Of a DNA stretch of 64,000 nucleotides, positions 11,920 to 24,100 are shown piece after piece; position 1 is the stretch's first letter, and each line of letters starts with the position of its first letter. The DNA comes from Tubulanus polymorphus (lineage: Eukaryota > Animalia > Nemertea): positions 1,657,355 to 1,721,354 of the forward strand of contig NC_134030.1 of NCBI RefSeq assembly GCF_964204645.1. Direction: 5' to 3'. The notes under the pieces are model-generated. The model did not search any database, was not told the origin of the DNA, and saw only the letters and a list, made by a program, of their open reading frames with translations. Made by a program: the position numbers and the translations under genes.

Positions 11920-14140
11920 TCGCTGTTTTTGGGTAAGATCGCAGTTTTTAGGTAAGATCGCAGTTTTTAGGTTAGATCGCTGTTTTGAGGTTAGATCACC
12001 GTTTTTGGTTAGATTGCTGTTTCGTGTTAGATCACTTTTTGTGTTAGATCACAGTTTTTTTGTTAGGTCGCTGTTTTTGGGTTAGATCGCTGTTTTGTGT
12101 TAGATCGCTGTTTTAGGTTAGATCGCAGTTTTTAGGTTACATTGCAGTATTTTGGTTAGACCGCAGTTTTTTGTTAGATCGCAGTTTTTAAGTTAGATCG
12201 CTGTTTTGGGTTAGATCACAGTTTTTGTGTTAGATCGCTGTTTTAGGTTAGATCGCAGTTTTTAAGTTAGATCGCAGTTTTTGTGTTAGATCGCTGTTTT
12301 AGGTTAGATCGCAGTTTTTAAGTTAGATCGCTGTTTTGGGTTAGATCACAGTTTTTGTGTTAGATCGCTGTTTTTAGGTTAGATCGCAGTTTTTAGGTTA
12401 CATTGCAGTATTTAGGTTAGACCGCAGTTTTTTGTTAGATCGCAGTTTTTAAGTTAGATCGCTGTTTTGGGTTAGATCACAGTTTTTGTGTTAGATCGCT
12501 GTTTTAGGTTAGATCGCAGTTTATAAGTTAGATCGCAGTTTTTGTGTTAGATCGCTGTTTTAGGTTAGATCGCAGTTTTTAAGTTAGATCGCTGTTTTGG
12601 GTTAGATCACAGTTTTTGTGTTAGATCGCTGTTTTTAGGTTAGATCGCAGTTTTTAGGTTACATTGCAGTATTTGGGTTAGACCGCAGTTTTTTTGTTAG
12701 ATCGCAGTTTTTAAGTTAGATTGCTGTTTTGGGTTAGATCACAGCTTTTGTGTTAGATCACAGTTTTTGGGTTAGACCACAGTTTTTTTGTTAGATCGCA
12801 GTTTTTAAGTTAGATCGCTGTTTTGGGTTAGATCACAGTTTTTGTGTTAGATCGCTGTTTTTAGGTTAGATCGCAGTTTTTAGGTTACATTGCAGTATTT
12901 AGGTTAGACCGCAGTTTTTTTGTTAGATCGCAGTTTTTAAGTTAGATCGCTGTTTTGGGTTAGATCACAGTTTTTGTGTTAGATCGCTGTTTTGGGTTAG
13001 ATCACAGTTTTTGTGTTAGATAGCTTTTTTAGGTTAGATTGCTGTTTTTGGGTTAGATCGCTGTTTTAGGTTAGATCACAGTTTTTGGGTTAGATCGCTG
13101 TTTTGGGTTAGATCACAGTTTTTGTGTTAGATCGCTGTTTTTGTGTTAGATCGCTGTTTTGGGTTAGATCACAGTTTTTGGGTTAGATCGCTGTTTTTGG
13201 GTTAGATCGCTGTTTTGGGTTAGATCACAGTTTTTGGGTTAGATCGCTGTTTTTGGGTTAGATCGCTGTTTTGGGTTAGATCACAGTTTTTGGGTTAGAT
13301 CGCTGTTTTTGGGTTAAATTGCTGTTTTTGTGTTGGATCATTGTTTTTTGTGTTAGATCATTGTTTTTGGGTTAGATCGATGTTTTTGTGTTAGATCGCA
13401 TTTTTGTGTTAGATCACTGGTTTTTTGTTAGATTGCAGTTTTTAGGTTAGATCGCTGTTTTTGAGTTAGATCGCTGTTTTGTGTTAGATCGCCGTTTTGT
13501 GTTAGATCACTGTTTTGTGTTAGATCGCCGTTTTTAGGTTAGATTGCTGTTTTTAGGTTAGATCGCTGTTTTTAGGTTAGATCGCTGTTTTTAGGTTATA
13601 TCGCAGTTTTTGTGTTAGATCACTGTTATTGTGTTAGATAGCAGTTTTTAGGTTAGATCGCTGTTTTTGAGTTAAATCGCCTTTTTGGGTTAGATCACAG
13701 TTTATGTGTTAGATCACAGCTTTTAGGTTAGATTGCTGTTTTAAGGTTAGATCCCTTTTTTTTCTTAGATCGCAGTATTTAGGTTAGATCGCTTTTTTTG
13801 GATTAGATCGCTGTTTTTGGGTTAGATCGCAGTTATTGTGTTAGATCGCAGTTTTTTGTTAGATCGCTGTTTTTGGGTTAGACCGCAGTGTTTAGGTTAG
13901 ATTGCAGTTTTTGGGTTAGAACACTGTTTTTCTGTTAGATCGCAGTTTTTTGTTAGATCGCTGTTTTAGGTTGGATCGCTGTTTTAGGTTAGATCGCAGT
14001 TTTTTGTTAGGTCGCTGTTTTTGGGTTAGAAAGCTGTTTTTGTGTTAGATTGGTGTTTTTAGGTTAGATCGCTATTTTTGTGTAAGATCGCTGTTTTTGG
14101 GTTAGATCGCTGTTTTTGGGTTAGATCGCTGTCTTTGTGT
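11920..14140. repeat. ~19-20-bp satellite (GTTAGATCGCWGTTTTTRG), roughly 110 monomers, with ~261-bp higher-order period
   Basis: Variant monomer TTACATTGCAGTAT at 12137, 12398, 12659, 12885. Confidence 0.95.
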
Positions 14141-14189
14141 TTTTGTCAATCATCATATCAAGATTTGCAATCCCAGTTGCCTTCAAGTT

Positions 14190-15051
14190 TCATATAGAGA
14201 ATTAGTGGATGTGGTGTCCCTGGACCCCTACATGCATCATATAGAGAATTAGTGGATGTGGTGTCCCTGGACCCCTACATGCACCATATAGAGAATTAGT
14301 GGATGTGGTGTCCCTGGACCCCTACATGCACCATATAGAGAATTAGTGGATCTATTGTTCCTGGACCCCTACATGCACCATATAGAGAATTAGTGGATGT
14401 GGTGTCCCTGGACCCCTACATGCACCATATAGAGAATTAGTGGATCTGGTGTTCCTGGACCCCTACATGCACCATATAGAGAATTAGTGGATGTGGTGTC
14501 CCTGGACCCCTACATGCACCATATAGAGAATTAGTGGATGTGGTGTCCCTGGACCCCTACATGCACCATATAGAGAATTAGTGGATGTGGTGTCCCTGGA
14601 CCCTTACATGCACCATATAGAGAATTAGTGGATGTGGTGTCCCTGGACCCCTACATGCATCATATAGAGAATTAGTGGATGTGGTGTCCCTGGACCCTTA
14701 CATGCACCATATAGAGAATTAGTGGATGTGGTGTCCCTGGACCCCTACATGCATCATATAGAGAATTAGTGGATGTGGTGTCCCTGGACCCCTACATGCA
14801 CCATATAGAGAATTAGTGGATGTGGTGTCCCTGGACCCCTACATGCATCATATAGAGAATTAGTGGATGTGGTGTCCCTGGACCCTTACATGCACCATAT
14901 AGAGAATTAGTGGATGTGGTGTCCCTGGACCCCTACATGCATCATATAGAGAATTAGTGGATGTGGTGTCCCTGGACCCCTACATGCACCATATAGAGAA
15001 TTAGTGGATGTGGTGTCCCTGGACCCCTACATGCACCATATAAAGAATTAG
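14190..15051. repeat. 47-bp minisatellite array 2 (reverse orientation, ~18 copies)
   Basis: Reverse complement of the 5302-6192 unit. Confidence 0.97.
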
Positions 15052-15123
15052 TTCACTGAACCAGAATAAGACTGACTGATATATTTTCAAATGATTTAAT
15101 ATTTTTACTTGTTTTTCTAGATA

Positions 15124-18100
15124 ATGCCGAAGGCAAATAAAAAAACTCGGGGCGTGGGGCCCTCAACATCTAGCCCCTATAATAAAGTAAGTACAAATTT
15201 ACTGCTTCCATGCTTATTTATTCATCCCATACTTAGTATTTTGTACCCCTGGGTCCAGTTTCACAAAGAGGATTAACGCCTAAATCGATTTAAGATAAAC
15301 TGTATTAATGAAGGAATTAAATCGATTTAAGAGTTAAACCTGTTTGTGAAACTGGGCCCTGAATTGCATCTAGAATGAAAAAAAAGAAAAAAAAATATTG
15401 AAAATAACGTTGGTGAAATATTTCTCGATCTCTCTGGATTTCTGCTCAATGCATCGTTTAGTAAAATATCGATATTCTCTAAAAGTAAAGATATAAGTAT
15501 AAAAATATTGTATTGAATCGTGATTAGTTACTGTATGCGCTGCTAGTTGTTGCCCAACCCATAGCCTCATTTCTCTCCATTCTAAATTTGCATTGTTTAA
15601 CATTGTCTGGTCGCTATGGAAACTATTTATTTAAGTTTCTTTGTGGTATCCATGGCAACAGTAACGTTTAGGTAGTGGCACCAATTATGGGTCCCAACGT
15701 TCCCATGGCGATACATGAGAAAATTTATCCTATTTTTGACCTACATGACGTAAGATGGTAGTGAGTCGATGACGTCATTTTTGTCTCACCACTAATGAAA
15801 AAAAAAATTAAATGAAAAAAAAAGGAAGAAATCGTTAGAATTACGTTTATGAAATTTTTCTGGATCGGCTAAATGTATTGTTCCATTAAATATCGACATT
15901 CTCTAAAATTATAGGCATCAATATCAAAATGATGATACAGCAGACTCCGCTTAACTCTGTTCTATTTGGACCATTAATTAACCGAATACCAACTTTTTAA
16001 AATTTTAGGATTTTTACGTTAAGGATCAGAAAATGTGTATGCAATTTCAACCGGGTACCGAGTAGGGTGGCCGAGTCTACTGTAGTCTGCTGCCCCCTCG
16101 AATCCATTACCTTATTATCTCTCAATTTGCATTGTTTGACCTCGTCTGGTTGCTATGGAAACTATTTAGTTATATCAGGAACGGTTTTTTCGATGTAACC
16201 AGTGGCAACATTTAACAGGCGTGTCCGTCCTAGAGATAAACTGTCTGATTTCACAGCCACATCCGTCCTGGAGATAAACTGTTAGATAAACTCTGATTTC
16301 GCGTCCGTCCTATTTCTTGTCATTGTATGAATATGTTTTCTCTTTTATAGGGTACAGCGCAGCAACAACAACAACAACAACAACAACAGCAACAGCAACA
16401 ACAACAACAAAAATTTAATATTTCTATGTCGGGAATAGACGTAAGTTATCGTAAACGCCTGTTTGAAGTCATCATTCTTGAGCTTGAAACCGAAATTTAT
16501 ATTATAGAATATTAAACCCTGCTTCTGCTACTGACAGGTAATGTCCGTCATACATTACTGCATCGTCAAATCTATACCAGGGTGCACCCAGGCAGATCGT
16601 TCGCATCATCACATGCAAAGGGCTGATTATTTTGGAACCCAGTTTTTATCAGCTGGAACATTCTGCACATTCGACCATATTGATTGATAGCCCGTTATAG
16701 ACGAGTGGAGAAAAACTGAAAAACCAGTTCGGAAAAACTTCGATTGATTTCACTCACATTTACAGAAATTTGGTCCGACCCCAAAACCATTTACTTACAC
16801 TATACAAATCAGATCAGGTTTTTAACATTGTCTTTGATTGTATTTTCAGTTTTTGCCGACAACGCCGCCCAGTGGTGTTTCGACGCCGGTAAGTGATAAC
16901 TATTTTCTAATAAATCACGCTTATTTCAATTTGTAATTTGAAAATAGAGGGTAGTAGCTGTTATGTATAAATTATGCTAATTAGGAATAAATTCATATTC
17001 GATTAAGTCTCATTATCGTAGAAGTCATATATTAATGATGCTATCTCTAAAGTTGTCATTTAAATTAAGTGTTATATTTACTACTTCATTTGCTTCATGA
17101 CCCAAAAACCTCTACTATATAACTACTGGTTTTGTTCTAATCTTGGAGAATTTGCTGCAAAATTTACTTATCATTTGTTAAACAGTTTTTATTGAAAACC
17201 TGAATCAGTGATACATGCATTCATGAATATCCATCTAATATTTTGTTTTATTTTATCTTTACAGGATTTATCACCGATACAGCACGTGGACGTAAGAGAT
17301 TAAACATTGATCTTGAATTTTAAGTTCAAACTAATTTATTTTTTATCTCACTCGGGACTATAGTTATTGCGTTCACTTTGCGTCCAGTTGTCTCGGGTAG
17401 TTTTTGATTTATCGTGTTGATAATTGGGTATATACTCAAACTCAAAATATCGGCGCAATTGGAATTAAGATGGCGCACTTGTATGTCCATTTTTTTCCCC
17501 GGCAAAATTAGCACTTTAGCAGATTTTAAGGATCAATTCTGTTGTTATATTACATTGAAATCAGAGTTTAATATATATCGGTATAGAGCAGATTTTTGCT
17601 CTAGTTATAAATAAAGTTATAAATAATCTCATGACATGTTCTGTATATGTGTAGTGAGTTTCAATGTCTTTGGTTCCTTTTAAACCAGGGGGAGTTAAAT
17701 TTGAAAATGTCAGATCGTCGAGCATTTCAGACCGCTTCCAAAGTGGGTCCCTGCACCCCTAGTTATACCGTTAATATTTTAATAATATATTGATATACCA
17801 TACATTGATATCGGTCTTGTAATTGGATCAACAACCATGAGATCAAAACACAGCAAATATGAACCTGCTGTGAATCAATAGATTTGTGATAAATGTAATG
17901 AAATTGTTATTTTTCATATTGACTTTTTGAGTTAAGGGTCTGTTGTATAAGAGTATTTGGTCTCGCGTGTCAATGTATGATATCAATCTGTTGTATTTCC
18001 TCGTTCCAATGTTTAAAAGGTGTTCGTCACCTTATATTAATAAACTACTTTAACCGTTAGATGGCGCCATAAGTGTGATATTTGATTTATGGGATACCCG

Positions 18101-21100
18101 CAAAACCAGCTATTCCACCAGATGGCGCAACGAGTAGTAGGTCGTTCGTTGTCAAAATTAGTTCATTTTCGATGAACTTTGAACTGGTTTGAAGAAGAAA
18201 TACTTTCATTCTTCTACTCTGATATCGATTTAGTTTTCATTAATAATTGATTCATTTAAGAGAACAATTCATTCAGATTTAATTGAAATGTACAAGAAAA
18301 TCGAACGCAGACGACCAACTATTTACTAGCGACACCTGGGGAATCCTCGCCTGCCATAAGTGGAATCCTCGATTGCCACAGTAAGACTGCGGGTATCCCA
18401 TTGTTTGGCGTGTGAAGTAAAGTAAAGTTAGAAAACGGATGTTTAACTTTGTTGTGAAACGAAAGCGTTTTGGAGATTTTTAAACCAATCAAATCAATAT
18501 TTTGATATTACGCTTGAAACCCTTCCCACTCATATTCTACTTACTAAGTATATATTCTTGTTTCCGTGGAAATCATGGTGAGTGGCGCCATCTATACAGT
18601 GGAGTTAGCTTTAAAAATCGAGCATGCTTCGACAAGTGGCTCCATCTATTCCCTAATACTGAAGCGAGGTAACCAGCATGCAGCGCCCTTATATACAGGA
18701 AATGAACGCCTATCAAGTTTAACAATGCACGGTGTATTGACCACAGCGACCGGTGATAATTATATCAATGTTGATTAGCTATTGCCATAGACAGGTCCGT
18801 AGCGTTTGACTGGACCAGAACGGGGCCCCCTAACCAAAACAAATTTTGAAAACGTGCCCAGATAAATTGCCTCTGGGAGATTGATTTAACGAGGTTTTGA
18901 TTAAATGAACAAATTTTAATATTTGTAAGTTTAACATTTCTGTTTTTAATTTTTCTTTGTAAGGAACTGAATTTTCGAACCCCCCTTAACCACTTCAAGC
19001 TACGTTCCTGATATAGTGCTAGCTATACCTGAATACTTTTCTCTTATTGAAATTGTCTAAAAAACCAGCACCTTGAACTAATGAACGTCATAATGAAAAT
19101 GTTTAAAAATTCAACCGTTAATGAATTTGACTAATATATTTTTTTTATTTTCATTTCTAGCGTCAGTTTGCCTCACAGGCAAGGTCGCCGTCGCTTAATG
19201 TAAGTATCAGTGACGCCCTCAATCTCACATGCCTCACTTCCCTCCTAATGTAACCATTTTTATGAAATTCCTCAAGAAAATATATACTAGTAATCTTAGA
19301 ATACACGTTTTTGTACCCAGACCCCTTCATTCTACTGAACTACCGTGTAATAAGTGCCTGTTGTGTTCATTTTCTGTTGCATTGATTTATATATTATTTC
19401 TATTTACAGTTGTCAAACAACAGCAGCAGCAGCAGCAGCAGCGCACCCCTCCCGCCGGAGACGCCTCCCGACTTGCAAGCAAGAAGTAAGTTCAGTCTTC
19501 AAATACAATTTCAATGCATTCAATTTTGTGTATGGCGTTAAAACGGTTAAAGTTGTGACTAGTTTTCATAACTCCGTGACGTCATATTTCCATCGAGTAC
19601 CGGACCCTTTCCTATGTTTTTTGCCAATTTGGATTGAATGATCGCCAGCGGTTTTTCTATACGACCCGGCTCTGCTGTATTGCATTTAGCCATCCTTTTT
19701 CTTGGCGTTTTTTATAAGAAGGTGTTTGATTTTGTCTCTAAGGGATTTAGGAATTTAAGAGACACTTGTACTCTCTATACAGTGAGTTTGTTCTGTTTTT
19801 GTTCCCTCGTGAATTTTATTTTGTTTGAATCAAATCAAATCAGTGCATCTTTCTTGAATTGCGTGTATGTTATAATATTATGTAAGTTATAACGTTAAAA
19901 TTTCTGTTATATTTAAACCGAATATTTAATTGTTGTATTTTGAATGCGATAATGCCGCTCCCTGCTAAAGTCCAGCGTCGTCATCGTGAGGGATGCGGTC
20001 ATCTGTTCGGGCCCTGATTACGTTCTGTGTTCATCCTGTTGGGCTACATCGGGCGTTATATGAGTTCATCCTTCCTGGACTTGCGGATTGTGGTCGGAAG
20101 ATCTATGGGTTCGGGCCGATAAGTCCCGGAAACAGAAAGTACAGTTTCTGCCGATGTGCCCATTGATGTCTCTATTTCAGAACATCACAGCGGTCGCCGG
20201 CTGTACAAGCACGGTCGGCTTCCCAACTCCATTCTCTGAGGAGGATCGCTGGTTCTCTAGTAACGGTCAGTCACCAGTCAATCAACGGTTCAGCTGGTTC
20301 AGTTTCCCAGGTATCGGCGCGCGACAGTCGGGATACCTGCACAGGAACTCAGGTCCGGTCCGGGCTACTCCGAGCACCGGTCCGGTCCAGGCATCACCGG
20401 ATACTGAACATCCTGTCCGGTAGCTTCGAGAACTGGTCCGGTCCAGGCATCACAGGGTACTGAACATCTGGTCTGGTCAGCTTCGAGAACCGGTCCAGGC
20501 ATCACCGGATACTGAACATCTGGTCCGGTCAGCTTCGAGAACTGGTCCGGTCCAGGCATCACCGGGTAATAAACATCCGGTCCGGTCCGGGTGGCTTCGA
20601 GCACCGGTCCGGTCCAGGCATCACCGGGTACTGAACATCCAGTCTGGTCCGGTCCAGGCATCACCGGGTACTGAACATCCAGTCTGGTCCGGTCCAGGCA
20701 TCACCGGGTACTGAACATCCAGTCCGGTCCGGTCCAGGCATCACCGGATACTGAACATCCGGTCCGGTAGCTTCGACAACTGGTCCGGTCCAGGCATCAC
20801 CGGGTACTGAACATCCAGTCTGGTCCGGTCCAGGCATCAGTGGATACTGAACATCCTGTCCGGTCAGCTCCGTGCACCGGTCCGGTCCAGGCATCACTGG
20901 GTACTGAACATCCACTCTGGTCCGGTCCAGGCATCACCGGGTACTGAACAGGGTTCGTCGCGGTGCTTGAAAAACTTGAAATGGCTTGAATTTGAAAAAT
21001 ACTACTCAAGCGCTTGAAAACAGCTTGAAAATAGATCGAAAGCTTGAAATAATTATTTTTGACTTGAAATAAAAAGATATGGCTTGAAATGCTTGATTAT

Positions 21101-24100
21101 CACAAATTTTCTTCTTCGCAAATTTTTTTCGATGAAATCGCTGACAGAATATGTTCTTGAGTTGTTTCTACGCTTGCGTCATGTTTTAGGCATCAATAAA
21201 GAAATTAATTGAATTGTATATAATCGCTATGAGGCTCTTGTGGTGAAACTCTACGGTGTCTGGAGACATGAACATACGGGGAAATTTCAGTCATGCATGT
21301 TATCGAGCATTGATGTAAAATGGCATTGAAATCCCACACCAGGAGTGAGAGCCATGTTGAAGGCACCGCGACCTAGTCAAAGTCATTGAACATTACAAAT
21401 TTCGTATTAGGCCATCCAAAAATCAAGGTCTGTTTGCCGTCATCCGACCGACCCGACTTCAAAGGTACCCAGTGGAAACTTTTTTCTTGGATTCATTGAA
21501 ATAAATTGTATTTTTGATACAAATGGCCGACCCACTGCCGATGTATGAGCTATGTATGTTTGAAGTTAAGTGTGCATCATGTGAAAACATGCCTCGACTA
21601 TTTACTTGAAGTTTTCCAGGAAACTGGCAGTGTTCCAATAAGCTGCCATTCATTCTAAAGCTGGTAATGTTATAGCGTGCATATATTCAATCTACTGTTT
21701 CATTTTGAACGCAGATTTCGGATGTTGTTTCCGCTAAAAGTGGTGATGATAAATTTGTTGTTTTTTTTGCCCCAAAATTTTGCAAAAAAAAAATGATGCT
21801 ACCTTCCTACTGACTTATCCCAAAAATAGTAGGTGTAACGGCAAAACAGACAATTAATTTGGGATGGCCAAATATCCAAATCTTGATTGATATGAATATT
21901 TAAGCTAGGAAATGCTGAAAATCATTGTGATGAACAGGTTTCATCTCTAACAGAATCGTATCAACTCGGAGGTTCCACTGGAATCAAAATTTTACCTCTT
22001 TTTTAACATTTTTATACGAACCTGTTCAAAATAGGCAAATTGGCTGCGACTAACGAAAATTGCTTCCAACGTGCCATAAAAAATAGCTTGAAAATGGTAT
22101 AAATCTAGCTTGAAATGGCTTGAATTTCACCTGAGCTTGAGACAATGAACCCTGCTGAACATCCGGTCCGGTCAGCTTCCAGCACCGGTCCGGTCCAGGC
22201 ATCACCGGTTACTGAACATCCGGTCCGGGCAGCTTTGAGCACCGGTCCGGTCCAGGCATCACCGGTTACTGGTCCGGTCCGGGCAGCTTTGAGCACCGGT
22301 CCGGTCCAGGCATCACTGAGTACTGAACATCCAGTCCGGTCCGGTCAGCTCCGAGCACCGGTCCAGGCATCACCAGGTACTGAACATCTGGTCTGGTCCG
22401 GGCGGCCTGGCATCAATGTTTCGAATTTAAAACATAGTTATCATGGCTCTAGGTTTGGTAGAGGGCGCTCTTCTACCAGATGCAGGAGCGAGGTCACCTT
22501 CACGGAGATCGAGATCGAGGGATTATGATTGATTCTGTAGGAACCATCATCATTCATCAGTTCAGGTCGAGGGACCGTTTAGGAAGTTCACATCTTTCAC
22601 GTCGAGGGACCGTTTAGGAAGTTCACGTCTTTGACGTCGAGGGACCGTTTAGGAAGTTCACGTCTTTCACGTCGAGGGACCATTTAGGAAGTTCACGTCT
22701 TTCACGTCGAGGTACCGTTAAGGAAGTCGTCACAATAATCAGGATTTCCGCGATTTCGAAAGTCAGATTTTAAACTTGTTATTGTCATTGTAAGCTACCG
22801 CAGTTACAGGTAAGCCTATTCTTGATTGCCCGAGACAGGCGTGCAGATATTGTTCCCGACTTAAGTTTTTGGTTGATTTTCTTGTGACTTGTTTGTTTTA
22901 GGGGTGAGATGGATGAGCCTTATTGTTTTTTGACATATATAGGTCATCCAAGATGGCCGCCACAGCCATTACAATGTGTAAAATAGCCATGCTTGTGACA
23001 ACTCTACAATCTACAGTTTCAAACCAATTTGCCAATTACTTATTCTGTGGTTTCATAATGGTAGGAGAATGAGCCTTATTGTTTTTGACATATATAGGTC
23101 ATCCAAGATGGCCGCCACAGCCATTTCAATGTGTGAAATAGCCATTTTGAAGCTTGTGACAACTCTACAATCTACAGTTTCAAACCAATTTGCCAATTAC
23201 TTATTCTGTGGTTTCATAATGGTAAGAGGATGAGCCTTATTGTTTTTGACATATATAGGTCATCCAAGATGGCCGCCACAGCCATTACAATGTGTGAAAT
23301 AGCCATTTTGAAGCTTGTGACAACTCTACAATCTACAGTTTCAGACCAATTTACCAATTACTTATTCTGTGGTTTCATAATGGTAAGAGGATGAGCCTTA
23401 TTGTTTTTGACATATATAGGTCATCCAAGATGGCCGCCACAGCCATTTCAATGTGTGAAATAGCCATTTTGAAGCTTGTTACCGCTCTACGGACTTAAGT
23501 TTTAAGCTTAAGACTTAAGATGGCCACCACAGTTATATCAATGTGTTAAATCTTATCCGATTTGGAGCTTGTTACTGCTCTAAGATGTAGAGGTTTAGAG
23601 GTTTATAATTTCATTCATACTTGTACTGTGGTTTATTTATGGTGGTCAGAGGATGAGACCTATTACAATTTGCATTCTCTACTTGACTCACTGGTCAAGG
23701 GTTAATATCTAGTTTGATAAATGTGGAGCATGTCGGTGAATCATCCCCCCCCTCCCCCGGACTCTGATCTCAATGTCTGATGTCAATCGTCAGCAGTTTC
23801 AATGGAATGGGCTCGATTAGGTGTGGAACAAGTGGAATCCTCGATTGCCACAGTCGAACCTAGAGTATTAAGAGCTCAATTAGGTTCTTCTTTGCGTCTC
23901 TTCTCCGGTTGGAGTGCTCCAGTTTCCACCGAATGGAGGAAGATTCGAGATGTGCAGATTCAAGTCCACCATGCGGACTCCGGCTCCGGCTCCGGCTCCG
24001 GCAGCTCAAGGTTCAGCCCGAACTCACACAATGCCATCTCAAGCATCCGTACTTTCTCAAGCGGCTACTAATGCTGTTTGGAGAACAAGTGCACAGCTCC

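Larger units (their letters stand above)
20350..22405. repeat. GC-rich ~40-60-bp tandem repeats in the DIRS gag region, split by a DNA transposon
   Basis: CCGGTCCGGTCCAGGCATCACCGGGTACTGAACAT units at 20350-20948 and 22155-22405. Confidence 0.9.

Noticed and set aside
11920-14140. Telomeric TTAGG/TTAGGG repeats
   Set aside because: TTAGG occurs only once per ~20-bp monomer, never as pure tandem runs
20088-22528. Host genes encoded by the PGPV/TGPD-repeat ORFs
   Set aside because: Translations of tandem repeats within the decayed DIRS gag region
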